64,000 nt of DNA from Octopus vulgaris (taxonomy: Eukaryota). The notes beneath the pieces are model-generated. The model saw only the letters and a list, made by a program, of their open reading frames with translations. It was not told the origin of the DNA and did no database searches. Made by a program: the position numbers and the translations under genes. Location of the stretch: contig OX597821.1 in assembly GCA_951406725.2 (NCBI GenBank), positions 107,632,001 to 107,696,000 on the forward strand, given 5' to 3'. Below, piece by piece: positions 43,365-59,695 of the stretch (its first letter is position 1; each line of letters starts with the position of its first letter).

Positions 43365-44130
43365 TTATATATATATATATATACACCTACATACACATGC
43401 ATACACACACACACACAAACATGCACGGACACACCCAGACATACATACATACACCTATACACACACGCCCACACACCTACATACACACACATACATACAC
43501 ACACATACACGGATCACCCATACATACATACATACACCTATACACACACGCCTACACACCTACATACACACACATGCATACACACACAGACATGTACGCA
43601 CATACACACACATATACGCACATACATATATACCCACACACATGCACACACATACGCACATGCATGCATGCATGCATGCACACGCGCACACCTACACGCA
43701 TAATGCATACATGCATACACACACACACACGCACGTACACATACATACATACACACACACATACATACACCCATACACATACATGCATCCTACACACACA
43801 TACATACACACTCACACATACATACACACACACACACTCACTCACACACCTGCATGTACGCGCACACACATGCACATACACACACTTCCACACACACACA
43901 CGTACATACATACACACTCATACACATACACACACACACACATACGGACATACATCTATGCACACACATATATACACACATACTTACATACATTCATCGG
44001 ACACACTGACACCCAGACATACACACAGACACACTCACACATCCACACACACACATACTTACACACACACTCGCAGGCGCGCGCACTCACGCGCTTGCGC
44101 CGGCTCGCGCATGCATACGCGCATGCATGC
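43365..44130. repeat. Degenerate (CA)/(CATA)n tract
   Basis: Direct inspection. Confidence 0.95.
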
Positions 44131-44699
44131 ACCTCGCTCTTGGACCCGACGAGATCTCCGGCTCGTTTCTGGGGCCGTCGCCTGTCGTTGGGTTCTCCCA
44201 CGCCCGTCTCCGCGGGACCACTCTTCCATCTTCCCCTCAGCTGGAGTCCTTTTTCCTTATAACCCCCCCCTTTTTGTACACACACGCGCACACATACATA
44301 CACCCACTCACACACACACATTTGCTTAAATATATACATTACTCTTACACACACTTCAAATCTACTCGCCATACATACAACTACGACACTGGACACACAC
44401 ACACTACCACTCAACACACACACTGGAACGTTACATACGCCCCCACCCCTTCCCCTCCCTCCCTTCCTCCTTCCTTCATTTTTTTACTACTGACCACTGT
44501 CTGCTATGCCTACTACTGTTTCGCCCTACCTCACACGCCTACACACAGACGCACACACTAACATATACATATATTTTTGTTTTTTTATCTCGCCTCACAC
44601 ACACATACACACACGCACACGCACACACTCACACATACACACACATCTGTTGCGTTACCAACCCTGTCTCCACTCTTTTGGCTTTAAAAACCTACTTTG

Positions 44700-45058
<359 letters not shown>

Positions 45059-45061
45059 GAG

Positions 45062-45440
45062 ATGCGCAGGTGTAGCTGTGTGGTAAGAAGTTAGCTTCCC
45101 AACAACATTGATTCGGGTTCCGTTCTCCTCCGTGACACCTTCGGCAAGAGTCTTCTAATATAGCCTCGGGTCGACCAAAGCCTTGTGAGAGGATTTTATA
45201 GAAGGAAATAATATATCCATGTGTTTGTCTTCATGTCTGTGTTTCCCCCACCACCACCAACACCACAACCGCTTGACAACCGGTGTTGGTGTGTTTACGC
45301 AATATAGCGGTTCGGCAAAAGAGACTGATGGAATAAGAAAGAAAAAAAATTGTGATCGATCCATTCGACTAAAAATTCTTCATGCTTGTGCCCCAGCATG
45401 GCCGTAGTCTAATGGCTGAAACAAATAAGAGATAAAAGAT
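45062..45440 (+). mobile_element. SINE family B, diverged
   Basis: Family head, CORE-like box and tail. Confidence 0.85.
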
Positions 45441-45651
45441 ATATACAAAAGGGTTATTCGGTTCTAAGTGAGTCACGTGTCAACAAGACCCCTTATAAAG
45501 TTGTTATTAGCAGAACCCTGCATCACTGGACACACGTGCGTCCTAATTCCGTTTTAATTGTAATTTCTTTGACTTTTATTTTATTTCTGTTTTATGTATT
45601 TTTCTGCACGTATTCTATGAGAAATATTCTATAAGAGTATTCTTGAGGTTC

Positions 45652-46354
<703 letters not shown>

Positions 46355-46355
<1 letters not shown>

Positions 46356-46515
46356 TCGAAAAAATACCTTAGGAATGAGAACCCAGGTTCGAAATTTCCC
46401 TAAGACACCTGACGAGGACTGGAGGGTATATCAGCCGAAATGTTGTGTTAACCACAAACAAGATGAGGACAAATGTCCGTCAATTGTAAATAATGTAAAT
46501 AATGTAAATAATATA
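46355..46515 (+). mobile_element. Penelope pLTR-like unit with a minimal hammerhead-like motif (46404-46449)
   Basis: gacac CTGACGA G gactgg..tcagcc GAAA TG TT gtgtt; (AATAATGTA)n tail. Confidence 0.6.
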
Positions 46516-46959
46516 ATAATATTCGTTTCTACTAAAAGCACAAGGGCTGAAGTTTTAGAGGAAGGCCCTAGTCCGTCATCACGTTGTAAGTTCGTCATTA
46601 CGTTCTGTAATAAATTACGCTGTGGTCGACTTCGTCTTTCATCCTTTCGACGTTTATAACATAAGTACCAGTTGAGCGCTGGGATCAATACCATCGACTT
46701 ACCCCCTCTTCGCCGAACTGGCTGGCATTGTGCCAAAATTTGAGACCAATATCTCTTTGTCGAATTGTCTGTCAACCTAGTATATACAGATAAACACACA
46801 TTTGCACATATGTATATCTATAATATAAATTGGACATGGGCAATCGCTGTATTCTGAGAGGAGAATATATTGAATAAAATGATAATTAACTGATCCTTCT
46901 CTATTTTCTTTTAAGCAATGCCAGAAACTTTTCAGCACCACCTTGTATACACACACACA

Positions 46960-47901
46960 GTGTCAACGATGGTTCCAGAAATTCTGAGCGGGAAACTACA
47001 GGCTAGAAGCCGAGTTTCATCCTGGAAGATGCGTAGAGCTCGACGAGGACGTCCTGCAAACCCTGGTGGAATAAAATCCCATCGTAACTGTTGAGAAACT
47101 AGCAGGGAAGTTTGGATTTGATCATTCAACCATTCATCGAGACACCTGCGTGCCATCAAAGAAGTCAGCAAATTGGGTCGATGAGTCCTCACAAACTTTA
47201 GAAGTCTAATTGCGCGTAGAGCAGAGAGTGAATGTGTGCCCTTCTTTGCTGTCACGTCTCACGAATGAACCTTATATGGACCGAATAGAAACTAGTGATG
47301 AGTAATGGGTTCTCTATAAAAATGTCAAGCGCCGAATACAGTGGGTAGAGAAAATAGAAACACCGGAACCTCAGACTAAAGAAGTTCTTCACCCACACAA
47401 GGTGTTGTTATCTGTTTGTTGGGATTGAAAGGTTTAGTCCACTTTTAATTTTTAAACCCAAACTAAATGATAACAAAGGAGATCTACTGCGAGCAGCTTG
47501 AACGGCTTAAGTCAGTGCTAGAAGAAAAATGACCATCTTTGGTTTCAAGATGAAAGGTGTGCTTCCATCAGGATAATGCTTGGCCACATACAGCGAGGAT
47601 GACATTCCAAAGCCTGGAGCAGCGTATTCGTCGGACATTGCCCCATCTCATTATTCGCAGTCTTCAAAATCATTTGGACGGAAAAAATATGAATTCTGTA
47701 GACAAATTCAGAATAGTACTGGAGGAATATTTTTCGTCACGGACGAGTGGATTTTGGAAGAGGGGCCTTGAAAGTCTATCAGACAGATGGAAGAGTATTG
47801 TGGAAAATTAAGGAGAGTATATTTTAGATTAAAAAAGAAGTTTTTTGTCTATATTTTAAAATATACGTGTAAAAACTGTATTATTTATGGGCTGACGCAA
47901 T
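46960..47901 (+). mobile_element. Decayed mariner transposase, 5'-truncated
   Basis: WFQKF, ETSDE*WVLYKN, FHQDNAWPHTA, FWKRGLESLSDRWKSIVEN; TIR-like end ..ttatgggctgacgcaa|TA. Confidence 0.9.
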
Positions 47902-47932
47902 ATATATATATGCACTCATACACAAACACACA

Positions 47933-47993
<61 letters not shown>

Positions 47994-48306
47994 GCTCGCA
48001 TATGCACGCTCAGACTCATGCATTAATATATGTTGTCTTTACCTACAAAAGGCATTTCTCCATAAATCACTGAACAGAATCGCACCGCCTACATTTCACA
48101 CATGTCACGGAGATATAAAATAAAAAAGCGCATATCACCTGTCGAGTCACTATAAATCATTTACCATATAACAGGTACGAGAACACTCTCATACACGCTT
48201 CATTGCATAGACAGACACCCACACCCACACCCACATACAAGCACACGTAGTCGTATATACGCATACATACACGAATATATATGTGCATGGGTATGCGTGT
48301 TTGTAT

Positions 48307-48341
<35 letters not shown>

Positions 48342-48544
48342 CACACATATGAGAAATAAGGTAGAACTCAAGTTTATATTATAGTTTCTAAGCGCGTTTC
48401 ATTATCACAGCTGTTCCTAATGCATTTAGTTGCTCAACCGCAACACATCATCAGAGAAACACTTTATTGCATTAAGTTGCCGATAACCATGTTCCATTAT
48501 ATCTATCTTTCGATCTATGTCCATGTATACATACATACATACAT

Positions 48545-48932
48545 GGTGGAGGCGCAATGGCCCAGTGGTTAGGGCAGCGGACTCGCGGTCATAGGATCGC
48601 GGTTTCGATTCCCAGACCGGGCGTTGTGAGTGTTTATTGAGCGAAAACACCTAAAAGCTCCACGACGCTCCGGCAGGGGACGGTGGTGATCCCTGCTGTA
48701 CTCTTTCACCACAACTTTCTCTCACTCTTACTTCCTGTTTCTGTTGTACCTGTATTTCAAGGGACCGGCCTTGTCACTCTCTGTGTCACGCTGAATATCC
48801 CCGAGAACTACGTTAAGGGTACACGTGTCTGTGGAGTGCTCAGCCACTTACACGTTAATTTCACGAGCAGGCTGTTCCGTTGATTCGGATCAACCGGAAT
48901 CCTCATCGTCGTAACCGACGGAGTGCTTCCAT
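48545..48932 (+). mobile_element. SINE family C head with an alternative 3' module, inside (ACAT)n
   Basis: A box TGGCCCAGTGG, B box GTTTCGATTCC; matches 6088-6410 up to ctctcactctt..ttcctgtttct, then differs. Confidence 0.88.
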
Positions 48933-49145
48933 CCACATACATATATACTTTTATATACAATGGAAGACTGTAGGGAATATTTTTTGTATGACTTAAAGGT
49001 TTGGTCGCTGTTTAGTTACATATTTAGGAGTTAGTTATAAATTTACTTATTAAATTTATTTACTGATACTGTTGTACATAGGATAAATATGTTTGAAATT
49101 TGTGGTTTCTTTGGTATATTTGTTCCGAAACAACACTTTTTTTAG

Positions 49146-49226
49146 TTCTGTTCACACCACCGGATTGAATGGTACTACCCAGATATCGAAAGCCTAATGA
49201 TATGTGAGAGGCAGCTGATGATGGAA
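49146..49226 (+). CDS. Host gene coding exon 7 (FCSHHRIEWYYPDIESLMICERQLMME, phase 0-0)
   Basis: T-rich tract ending in ag at 49145, GAA|gtatgt donor, 81 nt open. Confidence 0.82.
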
Positions 49227-49303
49227 GTATGTTGGATTGTTGGCATGGCTTTTTTTTTGTATATGAGGAATAGTATCATAACATCCTTTTGATATATATA
49301 CGT

Positions 49304-49376
<73 letters not shown>

Positions 49377-49486
49377 TGGTGAATTGAAGAAATGGAGCTG
49401 AACGCAGATTGAACAGAAATCGTTTTATTTCATTCTACACGTGTTTCGATTAATCTACTACAAGATTATTCATCTTTCTATTTCAC

Positions 49487-49622
<136 letters not shown>

Positions 49623-49654
49623 TTATTTGTTTATGTGTGCGTGTGTATTTCTTC

Positions 49655-50075
49655 TAGTTTCAGTTCGAGGGCTGTGGCCATGCTATGGTACCGCAGTTTG
49701 TTTTTCGGCACTTTCACTAAACCTTCTCTGGTGTGTGTCATTTGGAGAATGAGGGAGTTTGATGTTGCTACCCTCATCTGTGTTTTTGGCCTTGCGGTAG
49801 GTTCATGCGGAACTCTTGACAGGAAGAGATCCAGTTTGTTCTGAAGACACCAGCATCGACCCTATGTAGGGCTCTCAGACTTGGTAGGAGGATAGTGAAG
49901 AGCTGTGAACTCTTGAAGCCCAAGCTGTTACAGTATCTACTCCTGCATCCTGCAGTGGCGACTCGTTCTGCTGTTTGTATAATTGACAAATCCCAAGTGC
50001 GGTGCATGTTCTCCTAGAATTTTCTAGATGTATATTATTGCATATCTTTCCCGGCTTCGTTCGAGGGAGTAGATG
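49655..50075 (-). mobile_element. Older CR1-group LINE 3' fragment
   Basis: CRSRYCNSLGFKSSQLFTILLPSLRALHRVD parallels the C-terminus of the 36-38 kb element. Confidence 0.85.
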
Positions 50076-50077
50076 AC

Positions 50078-50990
50078 AGGTATATCAACCATCATGGCCA
50101 GACCATGACCATTTATGACATTCCGTGTATTGTCAAATCTGCATGGCTATTGACTGCAACTCCGACGAACATTCTTAGTAGCTTTTCTTCTACAGGAATA
50201 TGCCCTTTTAATCGCAACATTTTCACAGATAGCGACTTTGCACTGAGCTATGTCACTGACCGACCGGATCCTGCACTTTCAGCACCTGGGCCTTCAGCAC
50301 CTGCAACACCTGGGCCTTCAGCACCTGCAACACCTGGGCCTTCAGCACTTGCAATACCTGGGCCTTCAAGAAACATAGCCGCCAGGTCTTTTCTTTCACC
50401 ATTTCAAATCCGTCCATTACCCAAAAGCAGGCCCTAGGAAAGAATCAACTAGAGGAAGAAAGAAACGTTCTGAAAATATACACTGACTCGCCGGTTAAAA
50501 GAGCAATCATAGAAGAAAAGACAAAAAGTACAAGTAAAAAGAAGACAAGCACTGATAAAAGAACGATAGGGAAGGGACTCAGTAAGGGCAGGTCAACGAA
50601 GGGAAAAGGTCCAACTGTTAAGAAAAAAGTTCAAATTCAAGAAAGGGATACCTCTGATGAGGAAGAGTGCTTATTGCTTAGTGTACTGCGAGCCTTTTTC
50701 TAACAGCAAAGGAAGGGAAGTGTGGCTTCAATGCTCTGATTGTAAAGGTTGGGCTCACGAGGCATGCACACCAGGTCTGACAATATTCACATGCCCAAAT
50801 TATGACTCTGATGATGATATGTAATGAAACCGCAATAAAGCACCAACAAGCTTATATCGTGTGTTTCTGTCCACTAAAATGTATGTTCCAAGAAAATGCA
50901 TTCATGTGTCAACATACCCCATTATATGTGCCAACTTGCCCCAGTATCGGGGCAAGTTGACACATTCAAGTGGTCTTAGAAAATGCACAA
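50078..50990 (+). mobile_element. pogo-family (DDE_1/CENP-B-like) transposase 3' part with a PHD-like C-terminus
   Basis: MTIYDIP..AWLLTATPTNILSSFSSTGICPFNRNIFTDSDF, IRPLPK, TDSP, CEPFSNS..WLQCSDCKGWAHEAC; subterminal caacttgcccc/ggggcaagttg inverted repeat. Confidence 0.85.
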
Positions 50991-50998
50991 AATATATA

Positions 50999-51224
50999 TT
51001 TCTTTATTGCCCACAAGGGGCTAAACATAGAGGGGACAAACAAGGACAGACAAACGGATTAAGTCGATTATATCGATCCCAGTGCGTAACTGGTACTTAA
51101 TTTATCGACCCCGAAAGGATGAAAGGCAAAGTCGACCTCGGCGGAATTTGAACCCAGAACGTAACGGCAGACGAAATACGGCTACGCATTTCGCCTGGCG
51201 TGCTAACGTTTCTGCCAGCTCGCC
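50999..51224 (-). mobile_element. SINE family A, complete single unit
   Basis: Head, core and tail all present. Confidence 0.9.
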
Positions 51225-51371
51225 ATAAATCCAGATAATAAGCAGATGAGATTTGTAAGTCTTCTGCAATGGTTGATTTATGCGTGTAATACAAGATGCA
51301 GTAGAATACATCAAATAGAATTGCTCTGTCAGTGAAAATGTAAAAAATGTAGTCAACTAACTCCGGTCTCC

Positions 51372-51443
<72 letters not shown>

Positions 51444-51744
51444 TATATACGTATATGTATGTATATATGTATATACATACATACATACATGCATACATAC
51501 ATACATATTTACATATATACATACATACATTCATACATACATACATACATACATTCATACATACATACATACATACTCTGTATGCAAGTTCGCTAGTTTC
51601 AAAACCAGTGGCTGAGTGACACTATTTTTCCATGTATTGTGAGTTGGGTTAGACTACTGTTATATCTAGCAGACGAGTGTCCATCACTGAGGATGATTAA
51701 ATACTTAGAAGGATAGATAGATAAATATATAAATATTTTTCTTT

Positions 51745-51830
<86 letters not shown>

Positions 51831-51872
51831 GAAAGAAGTCTGAGAGACATTCATGTAAATATAGCTGGCTGG

Positions 51873-51940
<68 letters not shown>

Positions 51941-53399
51941 AAGGTTGGCATGAGAACGAAAGGAGTAAGGCGCAGAAAAGGAGGACGGGCGTTCTAAAAT
52001 GAAGAGATGAATCTTTGATTATTTATTAATACATTTTTGTCACAGCTAGCCTGGGGGTGCGGGGCGGTGTGGGGGCGGGACGAGTAAGTGGGTGAGCCAT
52101 TGGGGGTTGTAAGTAGGCAGGTGGGGGTGGGAGGTTCGAGTGGCGTTGTGTGAATAGGTGAGTGAACGGAGGGGTTGGAGTGAGACAAGTGGAGTAGGTG
52201 AGATGAGTGAAGAGGATATAAGGAGATGATAGCAAGGTGCTAAAGAGAAAAGGGATACCAAAAAGGATGAGACAGAGTAAACATAGAAAGGGGTTGGGCT
52301 TTTCTTTATTTTTTCTTTTTTTTTTGGTTTTATGGAAGGGAAAAATAGAAAGTAGGAAATTGGGACCTCGATGGGTGGGTGGGTCGGTCGTTGCATAGGT
52401 GTGGTTTTAGAGCGTTTCAAATTGTTGGTGCGAACCGTCACCGTCAGCGCACCGCCGTATCAATCAGCATCACCATCACCACTACTACTAACATCTCACC
52501 ACCACCATCACTATTATCATCATCACCAATAGCACCAGCATCAGCACCAAAACAACCATCACTACCATCTCCACAACCACTATCATCCACCACCACCACC
52601 ACCACTATCATCTCACCACCAGAACCACCACCACCAGCACCTGCACCAACACCACCAAAACCACTATCCTCTCACTACCACCACTATCCTCTCACTACCA
52701 CCACCACCTCCACCACTGTCATCACCGATGCCAGCACCTCCTCTACCACTGAAAGTTTGTGGGAGGCGGGCTAGTCGATTACATCGACTCCAGTGTATAA
52801 CTGATACTTATTTCATCGATCCCAAAAGGATGAAAGGCAAAGTCGAGCTCGGTGGAATTTGAACTCAGAATGTAGAGACGGACGAAATGCTGCTGATGAA
52901 GGAAAGAATGAGGGAAAGAAAGAAAGAAAGAAAGAAAGAAAACCAATAGAGAAGGAAGGAAAAGATGAAAGGAAATAGAAAGAATGAAGGAAAGAAACAA
53001 AAAAGATCAGAAAGAAAGAAAACAGAAAGGAAGAAAAGACGAAAGGAAAGAAAGCAAAAACGACGGAAGAGAAAACTGGGTTCGAGAAACAAGGGACGAT
53101 AGTGTAGTGTAGGTTAGGGATACGAGAGTGTTGGGTAGAAATGGGGTATGAAGTGGCACTGGAGTAGGTAATGATGGGATGAGACAGGCGTGAAAAGTAA
53201 GGCTTATGTTTTAGTTGATGATGTCTGAATAAAGAGAAGAGATATTTGTGTGGTTGTGAAGATATAAAATGGGGATATAAAAACCACAAATGAAAATAAT
53301 GGCAGCAGGAGCAGCTGCAGCAGCAGTACTTTCGTCACTGCCATCACTATTGCCATAGCCGACGCCTCTGTCATCACCAGAAACATTGTCAGCAATACC

Positions 53400-54674
53400 A
53401 TTACCATCATCACCTGCACCACCATCACCATCGCCACCACCACAACCATCACCATCACCATCACCATCACACCGCACCACCACCACCACCACCACTACCA
53501 CCACCACACTACCACCACCACACTACCACCACCACCACTATCACCATCACCATCACCATCAATCACCGCACCACCATCAACATCACCATCAATCACCGCA
53601 CCCACCACCACCACCACCACCACCACACTACCACCACCACCACTATCACCATCACCATCACCATCACCATCAATCACCGCACCACCACCACCACCACTAC
53701 CACCACCACACTACCACCACCACCACTATCACCATCACCATCACCATCACCATCAATCACCGCACCACCACCACCACCACTACCACCACCACACTACCAC
53801 CACCACCACTATCACCATCACCATCACCATCACCATCAATCACCGCACCACCACCACCACCACCACCACTACCACCACCACCACTACCACCATCACCATC
53901 ACCATCACAACCACCACCACCACTATCACTAATACCGCCACCACCACTACCACAACCACTACTACCACCGCTACATTCCCCACCACCACCACCGACTAAA
54001 TAAATGCCATCATCAATCACATCACCAGTGCCGTCACTACCACCACTACCACCACCACCATGTCCGCTACCATCGTCATAACCACCACCACCACCACCAC
54101 CGTAGTCACCGCCATTCACACCATCATCATCATCATCATACCACCGCTATCACCTTAACGCCACCACCTCCGTCTCTACAGTCGATGCCATTTCCATCAA
54201 CACCACCCCACCAGCTCCGAGATGGTTTCAAAAAGAACCACAGGGTCCTAAATTTGAGGGGAGAAGTTAATCGAGTATATGGACCCCTATCCCTTGTACA
54301 TAACTGGTACTACAATTTGACGACTTCAGGAAAAAATAAATGACAAAGTTGGTCTCGGTGGGATTCGAACTCAGAACGTTGCCTGCATATATGAGCGTAG
54401 TTTGGTCGACGCTAAAATGATCTTGCCATTCAATCTAAACTGAGATAATGATGGTGGTGATGGTGATAGTGATGATGACAATGATGAAGAGGCTGTCGAT
54501 GATGATGACGATGATGATGGTGATGAAGACGACGACAACGACGACGACAACGACGACGACGACGATGATGATGACGATGTTGATGATGATGTTGATGATG
54601 ATGATGATGATAACGATTATTATAACGATGATGATTATAATGATGGTGATGAGGTGATGATGATGATGACGATG

Positions 54675-54705
<31 letters not shown>

Positions 54706-55109
54706 CGATGGTGATGATGATAACGACGATGATGGTGACGATGTTGATGATGATAAAGTTGATGATGATGATGATGATGATGGTGACGATGATGATGATG
54801 AAGATGAAGACGATAATGATGATGATGATGATGATGATGATGATAACGATGATGATGATGATGACGACGACGAGGACAATGATGATGATGAAGATGAAGG
54901 TGATGATGATGATGATGATGATACATCCGACAACCGAAATGTCGATGTCAGTGATGATGATGATTGTCATCACTGTATCTGTCTGTGTGTCAGAACGTAC
55001 GTACATATGTACAAACTCTCCCGCTCTTTCTGTTTCTCTCTCTCACACACACACCTTCACGCGAATACATACACACACAAATAGAGAGAGAGAGAGAAAG
55101 AGAGAGGGG

Positions 55110-55146
<37 letters not shown>

Positions 55147-55389
55147 AAGAGTCAAAGGCGTTGAGGTAAAGTGAAAGAGAGTGAACTAAGAGCGTGGTGA
55201 GAGGATGGGGAGGAGGTAACCGTTCAGAATCAGAGAAGCTCTGCGGTTGTCATAGTAACAATGGATAAATAATTTAACAGAAGGATGTTGTATTTGACAC
55301 GCAGCAAACTAGTAATCTATCTTTATCAACACCCGTTATTAGTATCATCATCATCATCAACGTCAACATCATCATCATCATCATCATTA

Positions 55390-55421
<32 letters not shown>

Positions 55422-55425
55422 GTCG

Positions 55426-55464
<39 letters not shown>

Positions 55465-55576
55465 GCATCATCATCATCAGCATCATCATCATCAGCATCA
55501 TCATCATCATCATCATCATCAGCATCATCATCGTCATCATCATCATCATTGTCATCATCATCATCATCGTCATCAC

Positions 55577-55640
<64 letters not shown>

Positions 55641-55687
55641 GTCATCGTCATCGTCATCACCACCACCATCACCACCACCACCATCTT

Positions 55688-55727
<40 letters not shown>

Positions 55728-55865
55728 TTCATCATTATCGTCGTCGTTATTATCGTTATCGCCGTCATCATCATCGTCGTCGACGTCATCATCATCATCA
55801 TCTTCTTCTTAGTCTTATTATTGTACATTATCTACATCGTTGTTGTCGTCGTCGTCATCATCATC
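53400..55865. repeat. (CAC)n higher-order repeat (53400-54170) and (GAT)/(CAT)n tracts (54440-54965, 55340-55865)
   Basis: catcaatcaccgcacc landmark recurs about every 80-90 bp in the CAC block. Confidence 0.93.
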
Positions 55866-56039
55866 ATGAGTACCAGTAGAAAGAGAGAGAGGACAGAGAG
55901 AGAACGGAGCTATTGCCAAAATATCGTTTCACTCACTCTTTCCTTTCTTTTTTCATTTTTTAGCCCACCTCCACCTCCTCTCCCTTCACCTCCTCTCTCC
56001 TCCCCCCTCTCCCCTCACCTCCCCAACCCCTTCTCCTCA

Positions 56040-56575
56040 GAATCGTTTGCACGCCGGTCAAAATGCTTAGCAGCGGGTCGACCGTCTCTGCCTTCTGAAT
56101 TAAAACAATTCCCCCAAGATCGACTTCATCTTTTCGACGTCGATAAGATATGTACCAGTCATACACTGGGGTCGATAACTACTTTTTAGTTTTTGTCTTT
56201 TACTAGTTTCAGTCATTTGAGTGTGGCCATACTGCTGCACCTCAACGAATGGTTTTGGTCGAACAAATCAACTCCGGGAGTTATCTTTAATTAATCCTCG
56301 TACTTAATTTATCGGCCTCAAACCGCTAAGCTACTGGGACGTTAATACACCAACACCGGTTGTCAAGCGGTAGTGGGGACACAAACACAGGCACTGACAG
56401 ACACACACATATACAACGGGCTTCTTTCAGTTTCCGTCTACGAAATCCACTTATAAGTCTTTCTTCGGCTTCTGAGGCAATAGAAGATACTTACACAAGG
56501 TGCTGCGCAGTGGGACTGAACCCGGGTCCATGTGGTTGGGAAGCAAGCTTCTTATCGTACAAGCAGACCAGCGCC
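56040..56575. mobile_element. Decayed SINE A (+) tail-to-tail with SINE B (-)
   Basis: Family motifs. Confidence 0.75.
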
Positions 56576-57348
56576 AATAATATTTGTTTTTATTTATTTA
56601 TTCAAATAATTATTTGCTTATTATTTATTTATTTATTTATTTATTTTTATATATTTTTTTATTTATCAACCATTAACAGAATTGCTTTAATATTGAATTT
56701 GGAAACGTAGAAGAGTTTCTTGACAAAGACAGATCTGACCATTAAAGGTTTATGCTTGTTTCCGGGACTGATCTGCAGTCACTTCCGTTTCGTTTCCACA
56801 ACATTTTTATCAGTAATGCCTATCTACCACCATGCATGAATGAATGCCGGCCTATTTCTCTCTCTCTCCCTCTCTCTCTCTCTCTCCCTCTTTTTCACTG
56901 CATTGTGTGTAAATATACATATGTATATATTAAGGAGTATGTATACAGGCTTGTGTATGTATGTGCGTACACAAACACGTATATATATGTGTATATATAT
57001 ATATGTGTGTGAGCGTGTGTGTGCATATTTGTTTCTCTCTTTCTAGATCTTCGTTTTCCATGTCTGTTCCTCTCCTCTTCCACTCTCTCTCTCTCTCTCA
57101 CTCTTTCTCTCTATCTATCTACCTACCTACCAACCTAACCACCTATCTATCTATCTATCTATCTATCTATCTCGGTAGCCACCACACAAATTTTTTTCTC
57201 TCCTTGTTTCTTTCTCTGTTCCATTCTGTGGAAGAGCGTAGGCTCGAAACGTTAAAGACCTTCTCAATTCCCGAGCGTTATACTAATACATTTGTTTGTT
57301 TGCTACACCACCTGTCTTCGTCTTTTGTTTTTTTCGTGAATTCTCCTC

Positions 57349-57488
<140 letters not shown>

Positions 57489-57834
57489 GTGTCTATCTGT
57501 CTGTCTGTCTATATATCTATCTTTCTAACTATCAGTCTATCTCTCTGTTTATCTACCTACCTACCTACCTACCTACCTACCTATCTGTATGTCTGTCTGT
57601 CCGTCTGCCTGTCTATCTACCAACCTATCTATATGTCTTTCTGTCTGTGTGTCTATCTATGCGTCTGTCACTCTCCCGAAGCCTGACCTCAAACGACCCT
57701 TTATCAAGGTCACAAACACTCACATAATAAAACATTAATCACACAAGCCTTTCACAACACAAAACTAATATTTAATTAAAACTCACCGAGTTATCATCAA
57801 TTTTATTTCCATGTCACAGTTGTTTTTGTGGCTG

Positions 57835-57971
57835 TTGATGACGATGACGACGATGATGATGACGATGACGGCGACGACGATGATGATGATGATGATGCTA
57901 ATGATAATGATGAGGATGAGGATGATGATACTGATGATGATGCTAATGATAAAGATGAGGAGGATGCTGAC

Positions 57972-58005
<34 letters not shown>

Positions 58006-58056
58006 TTGATGATGATGCTACTGCTGCTGATGCAGCTGCTGCTGATGATGATGGTT

Positions 58057-58107
<51 letters not shown>

Positions 58108-58195
58108 GTGATGATGATACCGTTGCTGTTGAAGCTGCTGCTGTTTTTGTTAATAGCATTGATGTTGTCGTCGGTGTTGTTAACGTTGTTATTGT
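57835..58195. repeat. Degenerate (GAT)n tract
   Basis: Direct inspection. Confidence 0.93.
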
Positions 58196-58894
58196 CATGT
58201 AGCCCTAGGTTAGTTCTAGCTGAGTGTGCACCCATGATCACAAGCTTACCAACCGTGACCACGACGGACAAGATTCTTTTTCGCATCTATTTTTTTTTTA
58301 ATTATAAACAAAAATGTGTGATTTAAGGCAGATTTATCCTCTATTTCCAGCAGAGCGAACGACCACTTTGAGGTTCTCTTCTTGATTGAAATTGCACTAA
58401 TAAGATAATTTCTATGTCTGTCTGTTTCTCTCTCTCCCGCCCCATCTCTCTCTCTCATCTCTCTCGTCTCTCTCTTTCTCTCAATCACTCGCTCTTTCGC
58501 TCTTTTTTCTCGCTCCTTCTCTCACACACACATACACACACAAACATGCACACATAGATATGCATGCATACACAACTTGATACATCAGTAGAGGGTTACA
58601 CGATCACATACAGGCACAAATACATTCACATATACATATTTACATAACCACATAAAGCAAAAATTTAAGAATCGGGCCATTAATCCCAAATTCATAATTC
58701 ACAAATCTACCGGTGATTCATGTATCTCTAGTGAAATGAAGATCTTGAAAGCCTAGCTGGCTCGGATCACATAACTCGGATTACATAACCCGGGTTGCAT
58801 AACTCGGATTACGTAACTCGGTCATTATCTTCGCCGAAACAAATGTAAAATGAAATGACCCCTTAGTTTTGTTTGTTTCTCTATGTACTCACAG

Positions 58895-58977
58895 AACAAT
58901 CTGTTGGAGGAAATGAAACCTAAACCGTTTGTGCACGAGTTCACTTTGAAGATTTTCCTTTCGACGAATAAGGATAT
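58895..58977 (+). CDS. Host gene coding exon 8 (NNLLEEMKPKPFVHEFTLKIFLSTNKD-, phase 0-2)
   Basis: Strong pyrimidine tract and cacag| acceptor; the donor |gtactt is weak, and an alternative donor after 59007 (|gtatat) has the same phase. Confidence 0.75.
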
Positions 58978-59009
58978 GTACTTATATATACATACAAACA
59001 ATCAAACGT

Positions 59010-59262
59010 ATATCTTGATGCTTAAAGCAGTCCATCTTGACAGATGACGACATCGCCTTTGATCCTTAGAGGTTGTCTTGATGGCGTTGGCAGGTCCTCT
59101 GCAGGCTGAAAAGGTCGATTCTGGAGGCACATGCCCGATTACACAGTGAGCAGCGTAGAGGGCTCCGACTAAAATGAGCTCGTCTAGGATTTTGCTGACT
59201 TTCCTTGAGCTGTCTCCGCTTTTCTTCGCGAAGTCTAGTCCGCTCATCCTCAAAATGCTGCG
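59010..59262 (-). mobile_element. RTE-clade LINE extreme 3' end
   Basis: [22 protein letters not shown]...CSLCNRACASRIDLFS. Confidence 0.8.
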
Positions 59263-59312
59263 TACCAGTTTTGACCATACCCCAGTATTTCAGGTTTACC
59301 AGGAGTCGTTAA

Positions 59313-59374
<62 letters not shown>

Positions 59375-59383
59375 GATAGATAC

Positions 59384-59517
<134 letters not shown>

Positions 59518-59654
59518 TGATTGATTGATCTCAGTTTCTGCAACTTATACATTGACACACTTGGAATCTCTCATATTTACGTTCTTCTCCAAGTACAAAC
59601 ATCTATATGCACACACGCTTACATATATATATACACGAGCACAATCCCAAGTAA

Positions 59655-59695
<41 letters not shown>

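Noticed and set aside
46911-46950. Strong-looking acceptor ttttaag|CAATGCCAG as an exon
   Set aside because: The sequence resembles a mariner terminal repeat (..aacttttcagcaccaccttgTA) and has no compatible donor
48545-48620. tRNA gene (also at other SINE heads)
   Set aside because: A and B boxes are present, but I could not form a proper acceptor stem and the sequence continues into a dispersed SINE body
50640-50825. Host PHD-finger gene exon
   Set aside because: Frameshifted C-terminus of a pogo-type transposase, with no fit to the host gene splice chain
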